Source: Chloroflexota bacterium
GTDB taxonomy: Bacteria; Chloroflexota; Chloroflexia; QHBQ01
Length of the DNA stretch: 45,099 nt
Assembly: GCA_043754535.1 (NCBI GenBank)
Contig: JAYUUN010000128.1
Location: forward strand, 1 to 45,099
Direction: 5' to 3'
Shown: piece by piece, positions 8,532-17,648 of the stretch
Layout of the letters: each line of letters begins with the position of its first letter
How positions within the stretch are numbered: position 1 is the stretch's first letter
Program-made: the position numbers and the translations under genes
The notes under the pieces: generated by a model
The model's input: only the letters and a program-made list of their open reading frames with translations
Database searches by the model: none
Told to the model about the DNA's origin: nothing

Positions 8532-8569
8532 ATGAAGTGATTATCAAAGAGGCAAAGTGGGAGGAAACT

Positions 8570-10636
8570 ATGCCGATCAAGGTCTTGCCCGAAGATATTG
8601 CGATCAAGATTGCCGCTGGCGAAGTGGTTGAGCGGCCCGCCGCCGTGATCAAGGAACTGTTGGACAACGGGCTGGATGCGGGGGCCAAGAACATCCGCGT
8701 CGAGGTCGAGGCGGGCGGCCAAAAGCTAATCCGCGTGACCGATGATGGTAGCGGTATCCCCGCTGACCAGGTGGAGACTGCCTTCCTGCGCCATGCCACC
8801 AGCAAAATCAGCAGCCTGCCTGACCTGTTCGAGATCAGCACCCTCGGCTTCCGTGGCGAAGCCCTGCCCTCTATTGCCAGTGTCAGCCGCACCAGCCTAC
8901 TGACCCGCACGGCGGACGACCCGAACGGCAACGAGGTGGTGTTCGAGGGGGGCGTACTGAAGCGGCATGGGCCACGTGGTACTGTGCGTGGTACGATCAT
9001 CACCGTCGAAGACCTGTTCTACAACGTTCCCGCCCGCCTCAAGTTTCTCAAGTCGCCCGCGACCGAGAGTGGGCAGATTGGTGCGCTGGTCAGCACCTAC
9101 GCCCTCGCTTACCCCGCCGTGCGCTTCAAGCTGACGATAGATAACCGCGTTACCTTCCAGTCGCCAGGCAGCGGCGAACTGCTGGACGCAATCACTGCCG
9201 TCTACGGCAACGAGATTGCGAAGGCAATGCTGCCAGTTGGGGCGATGACCACTGGCGAGATACCGCCTTACCCACCAGCCGATGCGCCCAGCCCCGCTGA
9301 GGATGACCTCTGGAGTCGGGGGGACAACCTACTGGACGAGGGGTCGGTACGTGAGCGGCGGACGAAGTACGGGGTGGCAAAACCACAACTGCCACCCCCT
9401 ACTGTCTGGGGCTACGTCAGCCAGCCGGGGACGAGCCGCGCCAATCGCCAGTACATCAACTTCTTTGTCAACCATCGGCCCATCGAGAGCCGCAGCCTCA
9501 TCTTCGCCGTCACCGAGGCTTACCACACCCTGCTGATGACGGGCCGCTTCCCAGTGGTCGTCCTCAACGTCGAGCTAGACCCTGGCACGGTGGATGTCAA
9601 CGTCCATCCCGCCAAGATCGAGGTCAAGTTCCAGGACGAGCGGCAGGTGTTCGTCACCGTGCAACGAGCCGTGCGCCAGGCGTTGGCCGAGTACAGCACT
9701 GTGCCTGGGCTAAAAAGTGGTGGCGAGCCGACTAACAGCACGCCGCCCCAGGAGCAGGGGGAGCAGGGCGACCTGCAATTCGGCCCCACCTACGACTCGC
9801 GGCCAACCCCCCACAACGGCGGCTACTTCCAGCCCGATAATGCCCTACCTTCGCGCCCACCGATCAACCCGGCAGCGGCTAGCAACCAACCCGGCCTCAG
9901 CGAAGCCGACTACGCTGCCCTTAGCCCCGACGAGATGTTTGAGCGGATGGGCAGCAGCAGCGATGGCCGCCAGCCGGTGCAGCCGCAGCTTGGCCGCATC
10001 GAGCCGGAGAGCAATGTTGTCCCCAGCCGTCGCACCTTGCCTGCCTTGCGTGTAATCGGCCAGGTCAGCCAGACCTACATCGTCGCCGAGGGGCCGGATG
10101 GGATGTACATGGTAGATCAGCACGCCGCCCACGAGCGCGTCATGTACGAGCGCATCCTTGCTGACCTGACGAAAGAGGGTGGCAAGCGCAACGATGGGGC
10201 GGTACAACCACTGCTTACCCCCCTGGAACTGGAGCTAACCCCCCGCCAGGTGGCCGAGTTGCGGAGCCGCCAGAAGGTGCTGTCCGACCTGGGCTTCGTC
10301 ACCGAGGAACAGGGTGAGCGGAAGATGTTGGTCAAGAGCGTACCAGCCACCTTCAAGCAACGTCATGAGGGGCGGCTGGCAGGAGCGACGACGGAGGTGT
10401 TCGACGATCTGATTGCCCAAAGTCGGATCGACCTCTGGCGCGACACGCTGGCGATCAGCCTCGCCTGCCATAGCGCGATCCGGGCCGGTCAGAGCCTCAG
10501 CGTAGAGGAGATGCGCGAGTTGATCGGCCAGCTTGAGCAGTGCCAGATGCCCCGCGCCTGCGCCCACGGTCGCCCTACCATGCTGCTCCTCAGTCAGAGC
10601 CAGCTAGAGCGCGAGTTCAAGCGCACGGGAGCGTAG
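8570..10636 (+). CDS. mutL: DNA mismatch repair protein MutL (endonuclease-type)
   Basis: IAAGEVVERP, KELLDN, HATSK, GFRGEAL, DVNVHPAK; C-terminal DQHAAHER, ACH and CAHGRP nuclease motifs; ATG 8570 after GGAGG. Confidence 0.97.
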   Translation: MPIKVLPEDIAIKIAAGEVVERPAAVIKELLDNGLDAGAKNIRVEVEAGGQKLIRVTDDGSGIPADQVETAFLRHATSKISSLPDLFEISTLGFRGEALPSIASVSRTSLLTRTADDPNGNEVVFEGGVLKRHGPRGTVRGTIITVEDLFYNVPARLKFLKSPATESGQIGALVSTYALAYPAVRFKLTIDNRVTFQSPGSGELLDAITAVYGNEIAKAMLPVGAMTTGEIPPYPPADAPSPAEDDLWSRGDNLLDEGSVRERRTKYGVAKPQLPPPTVWGYVSQPGTSRANRQYINFFVNHRPIESRSLIFAVTEAYHTLLMTGRFPVVVLNVELDPGTVDVNVHPAKIEVKFQDERQVFVTVQRAVRQALAEYSTVPGLKSGGEPTNSTPPQEQGEQGDLQFGPTYDSRPTPHNGGYFQPDNALPSRPPINPAAASNQPGLSEADYAALSPDEMFERMGSSSDGRQPVQPQLGRIEPESNVVPSRRTLPALRVIGQVSQTYIVAEGPDGMYMVDQHAAHERVMYERILADLTKEGGKRNDGAVQPLLTPLELELTPRQVAELRSRQKVLSDLGFVTEEQGERKMLVKSVPATFKQRHEGRLAGATTEVFDDLIAQSRIDLWRDTLAISLACHSAIRAGQSLSVEEMRELIGQLEQCQMPRACAHGRPTMLLLSQSQLEREFKRTGA

Positions 10637-10693
10637 CTTCAACCAGCCTGCCGCAACCCTGCTGTGCTGATTAAACTATAGTTAGAACCGCCA

Positions 10694-10741
10694 CCAGCCA
10701 TCGCCTGTAGTTTGACAGGCGGTGGTTGGGCGTGCTAGATT
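10694..10741 (+). promoter_or_regulatory. 15-bp hairpin (possible mutL terminator) overlapping the amidase promoter
   Basis: CCAGCCATCGCCTGT / ACAGGCGGTGGTTGG (two G-U pairs); TTGACA 10712-10717, 18 bp, TAGATT 10736-10741 preceded by TGc. Confidence 0.5.
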
Positions 10742-10785
10742 ACGGATCAGAGCTAATCGCGTCCCCTAGCTGGAAAGGTTCTCTC

Positions 10786-11793
10786 ATGCTGCCTGATCTC
10801 CATACCCGTGTTGCCGCCTTTGTTGCTGCCGTGCTTGCCTTCGCTACCATTGCGACCAGCCAGCCTCTACCAGCGGCGTTCAACAGCCAGCCTGCTGCTT
10901 TCCAGGCCGCCCCACCCGCTCAAGCTGAGCAGCCGGGTGATTGCACGCCGCGCTATGAGCCGTCGCCCATCCCCACGCCAGTCGGCACCCCGCGCCCGAA
11001 GCGACCGACCATCGGCAGCAATCGAGATGACTTCGCCCTCGCTGAGGCTGCCGCGCTGCCATATGGCCCTTCAGCCTTCCAGGCCGATGGCAGCTTCCGC
11101 CCGGATGCAGCCGCGCCCAACCTTGCGCCCCAGCCGAGCGGTCAGTTCCCGGCCACCACTGCCAGTGGCACCCCCTACGCCGTGCCGAGCCAGGTAGTCC
11201 CTTTCGCCAGCACGCAGCAGCCGAAGCGGGTAGTCCTGCAGGCGGGACACTGGCTAGCCTCTGCTCTACCCGACGAGTTGAAGGAATTGCGCGACAATAG
11301 CGGGGCCTATGCCGCAGGGCGCAGCGAGTGGCAGATCAACCTGGATGTTGCCCGCCGCACGGCAGCCCTGCTCACCCAGCGTGGCTACCAGGTACAGATC
11401 GTCCCGGCTACCGTGCCAATTGACTGCCAGGCCGACCTGTTCGTAGCCTTGCACGCTGACGGTAGCGAAAGTGCTGCCACTAGTGGCTTCAAGGTCGCCC
11501 GCCCGCGCTACATTGACAACCCGGAGAACCGCCGCTTGCTAGCCGACCTCTACATCGAGTACGGTAGCGCAACCAAACTTGGCCGCAGTGACAATCTTAC
11601 CCGTAACATGAGCGGCTACTACGCTTTCTACACCCGTCGCGTGCGCCACGCTGTCAACCCCCGCGTGCCAATGGCAATAGTGGAGATGGGCTACATGACC
11701 AGCCCTAACGACCGTCGTCTACTCTACAACAACCCCGACGTGGCTGCCTATGGCCTCGCCAATGGCATTGACCGCTTCCTGCGTGGCAAGTAG
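10786..11793 (+). CDS. Secreted N-acetylmuramoyl-L-alanine amidase (Amidase_3)
   Basis: Signal peptide, Pro/Ala-rich linker, Zn ligands QAGH, SEWQIN, ALHAD and catalytic IVEMGY. Confidence 0.85.
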   Translation: MLPDLHTRVAAFVAAVLAFATIATSQPLPAAFNSQPAAFQAAPPAQAEQPGDCTPRYEPSPIPTPVGTPRPKRPTIGSNRDDFALAEAAALPYGPSAFQADGSFRPDAAAPNLAPQPSGQFPATTASGTPYAVPSQVVPFASTQQPKRVVLQAGHWLASALPDELKELRDNSGAYAAGRSEWQINLDVARRTAALLTQRGYQVQIVPATVPIDCQADLFVALHADGSESAATSGFKVARPRYIDNPENRRLLADLYIEYGSATKLGRSDNLTRNMSGYYAFYTRRVRHAVNPRVPMAIVEMGYMTSPNDRRLLYNNPDVAAYGLANGIDRFLRGK

Positions 11794-11807
11794 GGATAGG
11801 CAGAAGC

Positions 11808-13169
11808 TCAAAACTCGTCAGCGCGGGCGGCTGAGATGCGGAGCAGCAGGCCAATAGCCAGGTAGTTGGTGATCAGTGACGAGCCACCATAGCTGATGAA
11901 GGGTAGGGTGATGCCCGTGAGCGGGATCAGGCGGGTCGTGCCAGCGATGATGATAATCGCTTGCAGGCCGAAGATCGTGGTCAGGCCGATAGCCAGCAGT
12001 TGGGCGAAGCGGTTGGGGCTACGCAGCGCGATGTGGTAGCCGCGAAAGACGAGGATTAGGTAGAGAGCAACCACCGCCAGGGTGCCAGCCAGCCCCACCT
12101 CCTCGCCAATTGCCGCAAAGATGAAGTCGCTCTGCACGACTGGGATGAAGTCGGGCCGCCCTAGCCCCACCCCCTGTCCTGCGATGCCGCCATTCGCTAG
12201 GGCGTAGAGACTCTGCACGACCTGGTAGCCCTTGTCGTTGGCCCGCGCCCAGGGGTCGAGCCAAATACCTACGCGGTCGCGCACGTAGTCGAAGCCGCTG
12301 ATATTGTAGAGGACGTAGGCACCGAGGGCAAACAGGCTGAGACCCGCCACCACGTAGCCGCCCTGCCCACTGGCAACGTAGAGCATGGTGAGGAAGATGC
12401 CGAAGAAAAGCAGTGCGCTGCCGAGGTCACGCTGCACGACTACTGTTACTAGAGCGAGACCAACCATCACGCCGAGGGGGGCGAGATAGGGGAGGGGGGG
12501 CAGCTTGAGCCGCCCGATCTTGTAGCTGCCGCCCAGCAGGTAGCGTTTGTCCACCAGGTAGGCAGCAAGGAAGACGACCAGGATCACCTTGAGCAGTTCG
12601 CTGGGCTGGAACTGGAAGAAGCCGAAGTTGAACCAGAGGCGCGACCCCGGCCCGCCACTCGTCTCCTGACCGCTAGTACCGCCAAAAGCGAGAGCTGCTA
12701 CCAACAGGCCAATGCCCAGCACCAGCCAGGTGTACTTGTAGCGGCGCAGGAAGCTGAGGTTCTTGAACAGGCTGAGGACAAGAAAGAGGGCGACGAAGCT
12801 GATGCCGATCCAGATCGCCTGCTTGTTCGCCAGCAGGCTGATCGCCCCAGCCCGCGCACTGGCCGCCGCTGGTTGCAGCCGCTGGGTCATTACCAACCCA
12901 ATAGCGGTGAGCATAGCAACGACAGGCAGTAGCACCTGATCAGCCTGCGGTCGCCGGGCGGTCAGCCACACATGGATCGCCAGGATCAGGCCGATAAAAG
13001 CGAGACTTACCCACACATCACCCGCCTGGACGCGGAACTGCTGGATCGTCGTTTGTTCGCTGTTCTGCCCAGCCACCAGCACCAGGATCAGCCCCACGAT
13101 GCTGAGTAGAGCAGGGGCGACCAGCAGTTGCAATTCAGTCCAGCGCAGGCGGCGCATCCGCTGTAGCAT
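11808..13169 (-). CDS. SEDS-family protein (RodA/FtsW/SpoVE)
   Basis: FQPSELLK, QRDLG, GYQVVQS, IP..QSDFIF, PLTGITLPFISYGGSS; long N-terminal TM extension as in RodA of Actinobacteria/Chloroflexi. Confidence 0.93.
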   Translation of the reverse strand: MLQRMRRLRWTELQLLVAPALLSIVGLILVLVAGQNSEQTTIQQFRVQAGDVWVSLAFIGLILAIHVWLTARRPQADQVLLPVVAMLTAIGLVMTQRLQPAAASARAGAISLLANKQAIWIGISFVALFLVLSLFKNLSFLRRYKYTWLVLGIGLLVAALAFGGTSGQETSGGPGSRLWFNFGFFQFQPSELLKVILVVFLAAYLVDKRYLLGGSYKIGRLKLPPLPYLAPLGVMVGLALVTVVVQRDLGSALLFFGIFLTMLYVASGQGGYVVAGLSLFALGAYVLYNISGFDYVRDRVGIWLDPWARANDKGYQVVQSLYALANGGIAGQGVGLGRPDFIPVVQSDFIFAAIGEEVGLAGTLAVVALYLILVFRGYHIALRSPNRFAQLLAIGLTTIFGLQAIIIIAGTTRLIPLTGITLPFISYGGSSLITNYLAIGLLLRISAARADEF

Positions 13170-14038
13170 CAGTTAGCCTCTGGGTAGTATTTGTCGAGCA
13201 GGATGCCCAGCTTCGCTCGCTGCGCTGGTGGGATCAGGGCAGGGTCGGTCATCACCGCATTCGCCAGCGCATCGGTGCAGCCGCAAGTCTGTGCGTCCAG
13301 GCCAGCCACCACCCGGCGCACGATCCGCTTCGCCAGTGCAGTATTGTGGGCCGAGTTTGCGGTTACCATCTGCACCGTCACGCTGTCGTGTTCAGGGTGC
13401 CAGGAGTCGTAGTCGGTGACCAGGGCGAGCGTGGCATAACACATCTCTGCCTCCCGCGCCAGCTTCGCCTCTGGGATAGCGGTCATGCCCACCACCGTCA
13501 TCCCCCACTGACGGTAGACGAGCGACTCGCCGAGGGTGGAGAACTGCGGCCCCTCGATGCAGACATAGGTGCCACCGTCGTGGATGGTCGCACCCTCCTC
13601 GCGGCCAGCGTCCAGCAAGGTCTGGCGCAGCGGGTCGCAGTAAGGGTGGGCGAAGGGGATATGACCAACAATGCCGCTGCCAAAGAAGCTGCGCGGGCGA
13701 GCTACGGTGCGGTCAAACAGTTGATTCGGCACTACTACGTGCAAGGGCGCAATCTCCTCTTTCATGCTACCCACTGCGCTGATCGCCACCACCGTCTGCA
13801 CGCCTAGCGACTTGAGAGCGTAGATGTTGGCCTGCGAAGGCACCTCTGTCGGCGTGTAGCGGTGGCCGCGAGCATGGCGCGAGAGGAAGGCTACCCGCCG
13901 CCCTGCCAGGGTGCCAACCACCAACAGGTCGCTGGGTGGGCCGAAGGGGGTGTCTACCTCCACCTCCACTAGCTCGCTCAGGCCATCCATCTCATAGAAG
14001 CCGCTGCCGCCAATGATGCCGATCTCTGCCTCTGCCAT
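13169..14038 (-). CDS. mtnP: S-methyl-5'-thioadenosine phosphorylase
   Basis: IGIIGGSG, TPFG.PSD, FLSRH, SAVGS, IEGPQFST, VGMTAIPEAKLAREAE, VTDYDSW; stop overlaps the rodA-like start (TGATG). Confidence 0.93.
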   Translation of the reverse strand: MAEAEIGIIGGSGFYEMDGLSELVEVEVDTPFGPPSDLLVVGTLAGRRVAFLSRHARGHRYTPTEVPSQANIYALKSLGVQTVVAISAVGSMKEEIAPLHVVVPNQLFDRTVARPRSFFGSGIVGHIPFAHPYCDPLRQTLLDAGREEGATIHDGGTYVCIEGPQFSTLGESLVYRQWGMTVVGMTAIPEAKLAREAEMCYATLALVTDYDSWHPEHDSVTVQMVTANSAHNTALAKRIVRRVVAGLDAQTCGCTDALANAVMTDPALIPPAQRAKLGILLDKYYPEAN

Positions 14039-14126
14039 CTTGCTCCCCCCCCATTCTCGCAAAGTTGCCTACCAATTATAACCGCCGCATCCCCTTGTGT
14101 GCAACGCCCGGTGCAGGGAGCAGCTA

Positions 14127-14179
14127 GCGGATGCTTAGCGATCAGCGGGGTAGGTAGCTGTGATCAGCTAAGCATCCGC
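14127..14179. repeat. Intergenic 18-bp imperfect inverted repeat
   Basis: GCGGATGCTTAGC-GATCA (14127-14144) ... TGATC-a-GCTAAGCATCCGC (14161-14179), between divergent promoters. Confidence 0.8.
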
Positions 14180-14309
14180 CCTTGACCACCACGCATCCCC
14201 CGTTAGATGCCCAGCGCAACCTCCGCTAGTTCCCGTGTGTACAATGTTGATCAGCTTGGTGTATAATGAAGCTGACGGAATGTTGGCAAGTACAAGGAAG
14301 GAATAGTTC

Positions 14310-15056
14310 ATGTTGCATAAGTTGCGCCCCCTGGCCTTTGGCCTGATCGCCCTCAGCCTCACCATCAGCCTCGCCCTCGGTGGCAGCAGCCTGGCAGCAC
14401 CCGCTGCCCTGGTCAAGCCGCAGCCGACCAAAGTAGCCGCGCCGATCAAGAACAGTGTGCTGTTCAAGCAGGCCGTCCTCAATATGCGTGCGCTCAAGAG
14501 CTACCAGGTTGACTTCCAGGGTGGTGCCGAGGTCTACGTGGTCACCGAAACCGCGACCATTGATGTCACAGGGCGGCGCAGTCGCTGGCTGTTCAAGTCG
14601 GAGTCGGTGGTAGAGGAACCTGCCAGGGTAGAGATCAACCTAGTGGTGCTAACTGCCCAGTACAGCTACGTCAGCAGCGACGGTGGCAAGACCTACAAGC
14701 GCGACACCCGCGAGGCGTACGCGGCCACACGCAGTGAGATCAACACCTGGGATACGATCTCGACCGCCGACATTGATCGCGCTGCGGCCAAGCTCGACAG
14801 TCAGCCGCTCCGCACTGGGCGCATCGACGGGGTAGCGGTGCGCTATATCACCTTCCAGAACATCCAGATCGGTGGGGTGATGGGCCTCAGCAAGCAGGAC
14901 ACTGGCCGCGCCCTGACCGACTACGAGTTCGCCGTCACCCTCGACAGCAAGCCGGTAGTCAAGACACTGCTGGAGAGTGCCATCGAATACGCAGGTACCT
15001 ACACCTGGAGCAAGCTCAACCAGCCAGTCAAGATCATCGTGCCAGTGGTCAAGTAG
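14310..15056 (+). CDS. Secreted hypothetical protein, possibly LppX/LprAFG/LolA-like fold
   Basis: Sec signal peptide, no lipobox Cys; LKSYQVDF, IDGVAVRYI and terminal WSKLNQPVKIIVP pattern resemble LppX_LprAFG-like carriers; AAGGAAGG RBS. Confidence 0.6.
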   Translation: MLHKLRPLAFGLIALSLTISLALGGSSLAAPAALVKPQPTKVAAPIKNSVLFKQAVLNMRALKSYQVDFQGGAEVYVVTETATIDVTGRRSRWLFKSESVVEEPARVEINLVVLTAQYSYVSSDGGKTYKRDTREAYAATRSEINTWDTISTADIDRAAAKLDSQPLRTGRIDGVAVRYITFQNIQIGGVMGLSKQDTGRALTDYEFAVTLDSKPVVKTLLESAIEYAGTYTWSKLNQPVKIIVPVVK

Positions 15057-15226
15057 CAGGGGGCAAGGCCAGGCTCTCCGCCCCGTAACCCAGCCTGCTT
15101 GCCTGGGTTGGTTCTGCCCGCAGAATACAGATGATACACCTTTAGCCTGAAGCCGCCCACCCACCAGTTTAGTATAATGGTGGTAGATAGTCGCGCCAAT
15201 CTTGCGGCGGCTACAAGGAGAGGGTA

Positions 15227-16558
15227 ATGTCTGCCGCAATCTTGCGTAAACTCAAAGGTAGTATGTTCTTCAGCAGCACTGCCTTTGCCGTGCTGCTGCT
15301 TGCGGTCTTTGTCGATCAGACGGGGATTGGCTTGATCATCCCAGTGCGCGCTCTGTTTGCCGAGCAGATGGGGGCGACCCTGACCGAGATCGGGCTGATG
15401 GCTAGCTCGTTCCTGCTCGCCAACTTCCTCTTTCAGATGCCCTTCGGCTGGGCTAGCGACCACTTTGGGCGCAGGCAGGTGATAATCCTTGGCCTGGTAG
15501 TACGTACTATCATGCCCCTGCTCTACGTTGGTGTCCACGAACCCTGGCTGTTCATCGCCCTGCGCTTCGTGGACGGCATCGGCGCGGCGGCAATTATACC
15601 GGCAGCCCGCGCCTACCTGATGGACATTACGCCAGAGGATCGACGGGGCGAAGCCTTCGGCCTGCTGGGTACGGTCTCTAACGCGGGCCTCCTGCTCGGC
15701 CCTGCTATTGGTGGCTTCCTTGCTATCGCAGGCGGCTACACCAGTCCCTTCTGGGGGGGGTCGCTGATGTGCGGCCTTACCCTCGTGCTGGTCTTCTTCT
15801 ACATTCACGAACGCCAGCACGTCAAGGATGCACGCAAGGCAGAGCGCGAAGGGGGTAGGCAGGCTGGCAACCTGGCAATCCTCAAGGCCAACCTCGGCCT
15901 GCCCCTCTACGCCGCCCTGGTGATGGAGGTTGGCTTGCAGTTCGGCTTCGGCCTGTTCGTCACCCTCTGGGCGATCTGGCTCAACGACCTGGGTGCAGGG
16001 ACAGACTACATCGGCATCACCTTCATCGCCTTCACCTTGCCAATGATCCTGTTCATGAGTTGGGGCGGGCGGCTGTCGGATCGGCTCGGTCGCTGGCAGT
16101 TCATCTTCTGTGGCGGGATCATCGTGGTGCTGGCTCACGTCAGCTACGGCTTCTACAACCGCGACAACTACTACTGGCTGGTGCTGGGCATTGGCGCACT
16201 TGAGGGGCTGGGCTGGGCCTTCAGCACGCCTGCCATCGAGGGCTTCTTCGCCGACATTGTGCCAGCAGAGGTGCGCGGGCGGCTGCAAGGGATGTTCAAC
16301 ACGGTCGGCACTACGGTTGCCTTCATCAGCGCGACCGTGGTTGCCTGGCTGTACGAGATCGATCACGTCCTCCCCTTCATCGTCCTCGGCGTGGTCGAGG
16401 GAGCTGGCTTGTTGGGCGGTGCGCTGATCGTACGCGTGGTCGAGCAGCGCAAGACCAGCAGGTTGCTTGAGAAGCAGCTTGAGCCGCAACTTGTGCCAGC
16501 CGCCTTCGGCGAGTTCGGGCAGCAGGCGGAGAAGCGCGAGTTGGCAGTGGTCAAGTGA
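15227..16558 (+). CDS. MFS transporter, DHA1 drug:H+ antiporter-like
   Basis: 12 TM; motif A GWASDHFGRR and GRLSDRLGR, motif B LRFVDG, motif C GLLLGPAIGG. Confidence 0.92.
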   Translation: MSAAILRKLKGSMFFSSTAFAVLLLAVFVDQTGIGLIIPVRALFAEQMGATLTEIGLMASSFLLANFLFQMPFGWASDHFGRRQVIILGLVVRTIMPLLYVGVHEPWLFIALRFVDGIGAAAIIPAARAYLMDITPEDRRGEAFGLLGTVSNAGLLLGPAIGGFLAIAGGYTSPFWGGSLMCGLTLVLVFFYIHERQHVKDARKAEREGGRQAGNLAILKANLGLPLYAALVMEVGLQFGFGLFVTLWAIWLNDLGAGTDYIGITFIAFTLPMILFMSWGGRLSDRLGRWQFIFCGGIIVVLAHVSYGFYNRDNYYWLVLGIGALEGLGWAFSTPAIEGFFADIVPAEVRGRLQGMFNTVGTTVAFISATVVAWLYEIDHVLPFIVLGVVEGAGLLGGALIVRVVEQRKTSRLLEKQLEPQLVPAAFGEFGQQAEKRELAVVK

Positions 16559-16642
16559 TCGCAGCCACTGCACTCCCGCCTGACACCATTAGCAATCTAC
16601 GCTGAGGCACAAGTAGCTGAAGCTAGAAGGAGAAGATAAGCG

Positions 16643-17539
16643 ATGAGCGTAACTCTGCGTCCGATTAACAGCCACAACTGGCAGCAAGTGGCCGCCCTCA
16701 AGGTCAGCGGTGAGCAGAGCCGCTATGTAGCCAGCAACAGCGACTCGCTGCTGCAAGCCAAGTACGATGTCAACCTGCACTTCCCAGTGGTGATCTACGC
16801 TGCTGAGCAGGTAGTCGGCTTCGCCCTCTACAGCTACTACCCTGCCACGGGCTGGCACCTGTCGCTGCTGATGATTGACTGTGAACAGCAGGGCAAGGGC
16901 TACGGGAGAGCGGCAGCCACGCAGTTGATCGCCAAGATCGGTGAACAGCCGACTTGCTTTGCGATCAAGATTAGCCACCACCCGGAGAACGAGGTTGCCC
17001 GCAAGTTGTTCGCCAGCCTCGGCTTCGTCGAAGCTGGCACGGAGGATGGCTACGTGCTGGCCGAACTGAAGCTGGAAAAGGAACCCTTGCCCCCAGCCAG
17101 GGTCAGCCTGCGCGAAGTAACGGCAAAGAACCTGAGTCCCGTGATCCGCCTCAAGGTTGCGCCGGGGCAGGAACACTTTGTCGCCAACAACGCGACCTCC
17201 CTGGCTCAGAGCAGGGTCGAGCCATATTGGATCGCCAACGCCATCTACGACGCGGAGACCCCTGTTGGCTTCGTCATGTACGGCGACACACCAGAGTACG
17301 GCTGGTATGTCACGCGCCTGATGACCGATGCTCGCTACCAGGGACGTGGTTACGGGCGGGCGGCAATGCAGATGGTCATTGATGACGTTAGGGGGAAGGG
17401 CAGCAAGCAGCTAGAGATCAGCTATGAACTAGACAATGAGGTGGCCCGCCGCTTCTACGCCAGCCTCGGCTTCGTTGAGACTGGTGAGATTGACGAGGGT
17501 GAGGCGGTTGCAGTAATGAAGCTAGATTTAGCAGGTTAG
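16643..17539 (+). CDS. Tandem two-domain GNAT, BltD/spermidine acetyltransferase-like
   Basis: Two ~150-aa homologous halves, each with AcCoA motif (QGKGYG; QGRGYG) and NEVAR...SLGF; AGAAGGAG RBS. Confidence 0.88.
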   Translation: MSVTLRPINSHNWQQVAALKVSGEQSRYVASNSDSLLQAKYDVNLHFPVVIYAAEQVVGFALYSYYPATGWHLSLLMIDCEQQGKGYGRAAATQLIAKIGEQPTCFAIKISHHPENEVARKLFASLGFVEAGTEDGYVLAELKLEKEPLPPARVSLREVTAKNLSPVIRLKVAPGQEHFVANNATSLAQSRVEPYWIANAIYDAETPVGFVMYGDTPEYGWYVTRLMTDARYQGRGYGRAAMQMVIDDVRGKGSKQLEISYELDNEVARRFYASLGFVETGEIDEGEAVAVMKLDLAG

Positions 17540-17559
17540 AGCAGCAGCATCCGCAGCAG

Positions 17560-17588
17560 AGCGCGCCAACAAGCGCGCTTCTTCTTTT
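17560..17588 (+). terminator. Probable intrinsic terminator after the tandem GNAT
   Basis: AGCGCGC / GCGCGCT stem followed by TCTTCTTTT. Confidence 0.6.
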
Positions 17589-17619
17589 GCCAGATTCAGG
17601 TATTTGCCAGCCCGCGCCC

Positions 17620-17648
17620 TTGACTTGCTTCTTCAGCGGGGTTAGAAT
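17620..17648 (+). promoter_or_regulatory. Sigma70 promoter about 340 nt upstream of the permease start
   Basis: TTGACT, 17 bp, TAGAAT. Confidence 0.65.

Noticed and set aside
8513..8569. Upstream-extended starts in the ORF track (also alkA, opsin, amidase, mtnP, permease, SLH gene, tadE, hisS, HD-GYP, 39771 ORF)
   Set aside because: Extensions run through promoters or neighbouring genes; downstream ATGs have better RBS or -10 geometry and match family N-termini.
14039..14309. SAM or other riboswitch upstream of mtnP
   Set aside because: No S-box core; the mtnP -10 is only about 35 nt from the start, so the palindrome is outside its leader.
14999..16573. 524-aa minus-strand ORF
   Set aside because: Antisense shadow of the MFS gene; no motifs; expected in high-GC DNA.
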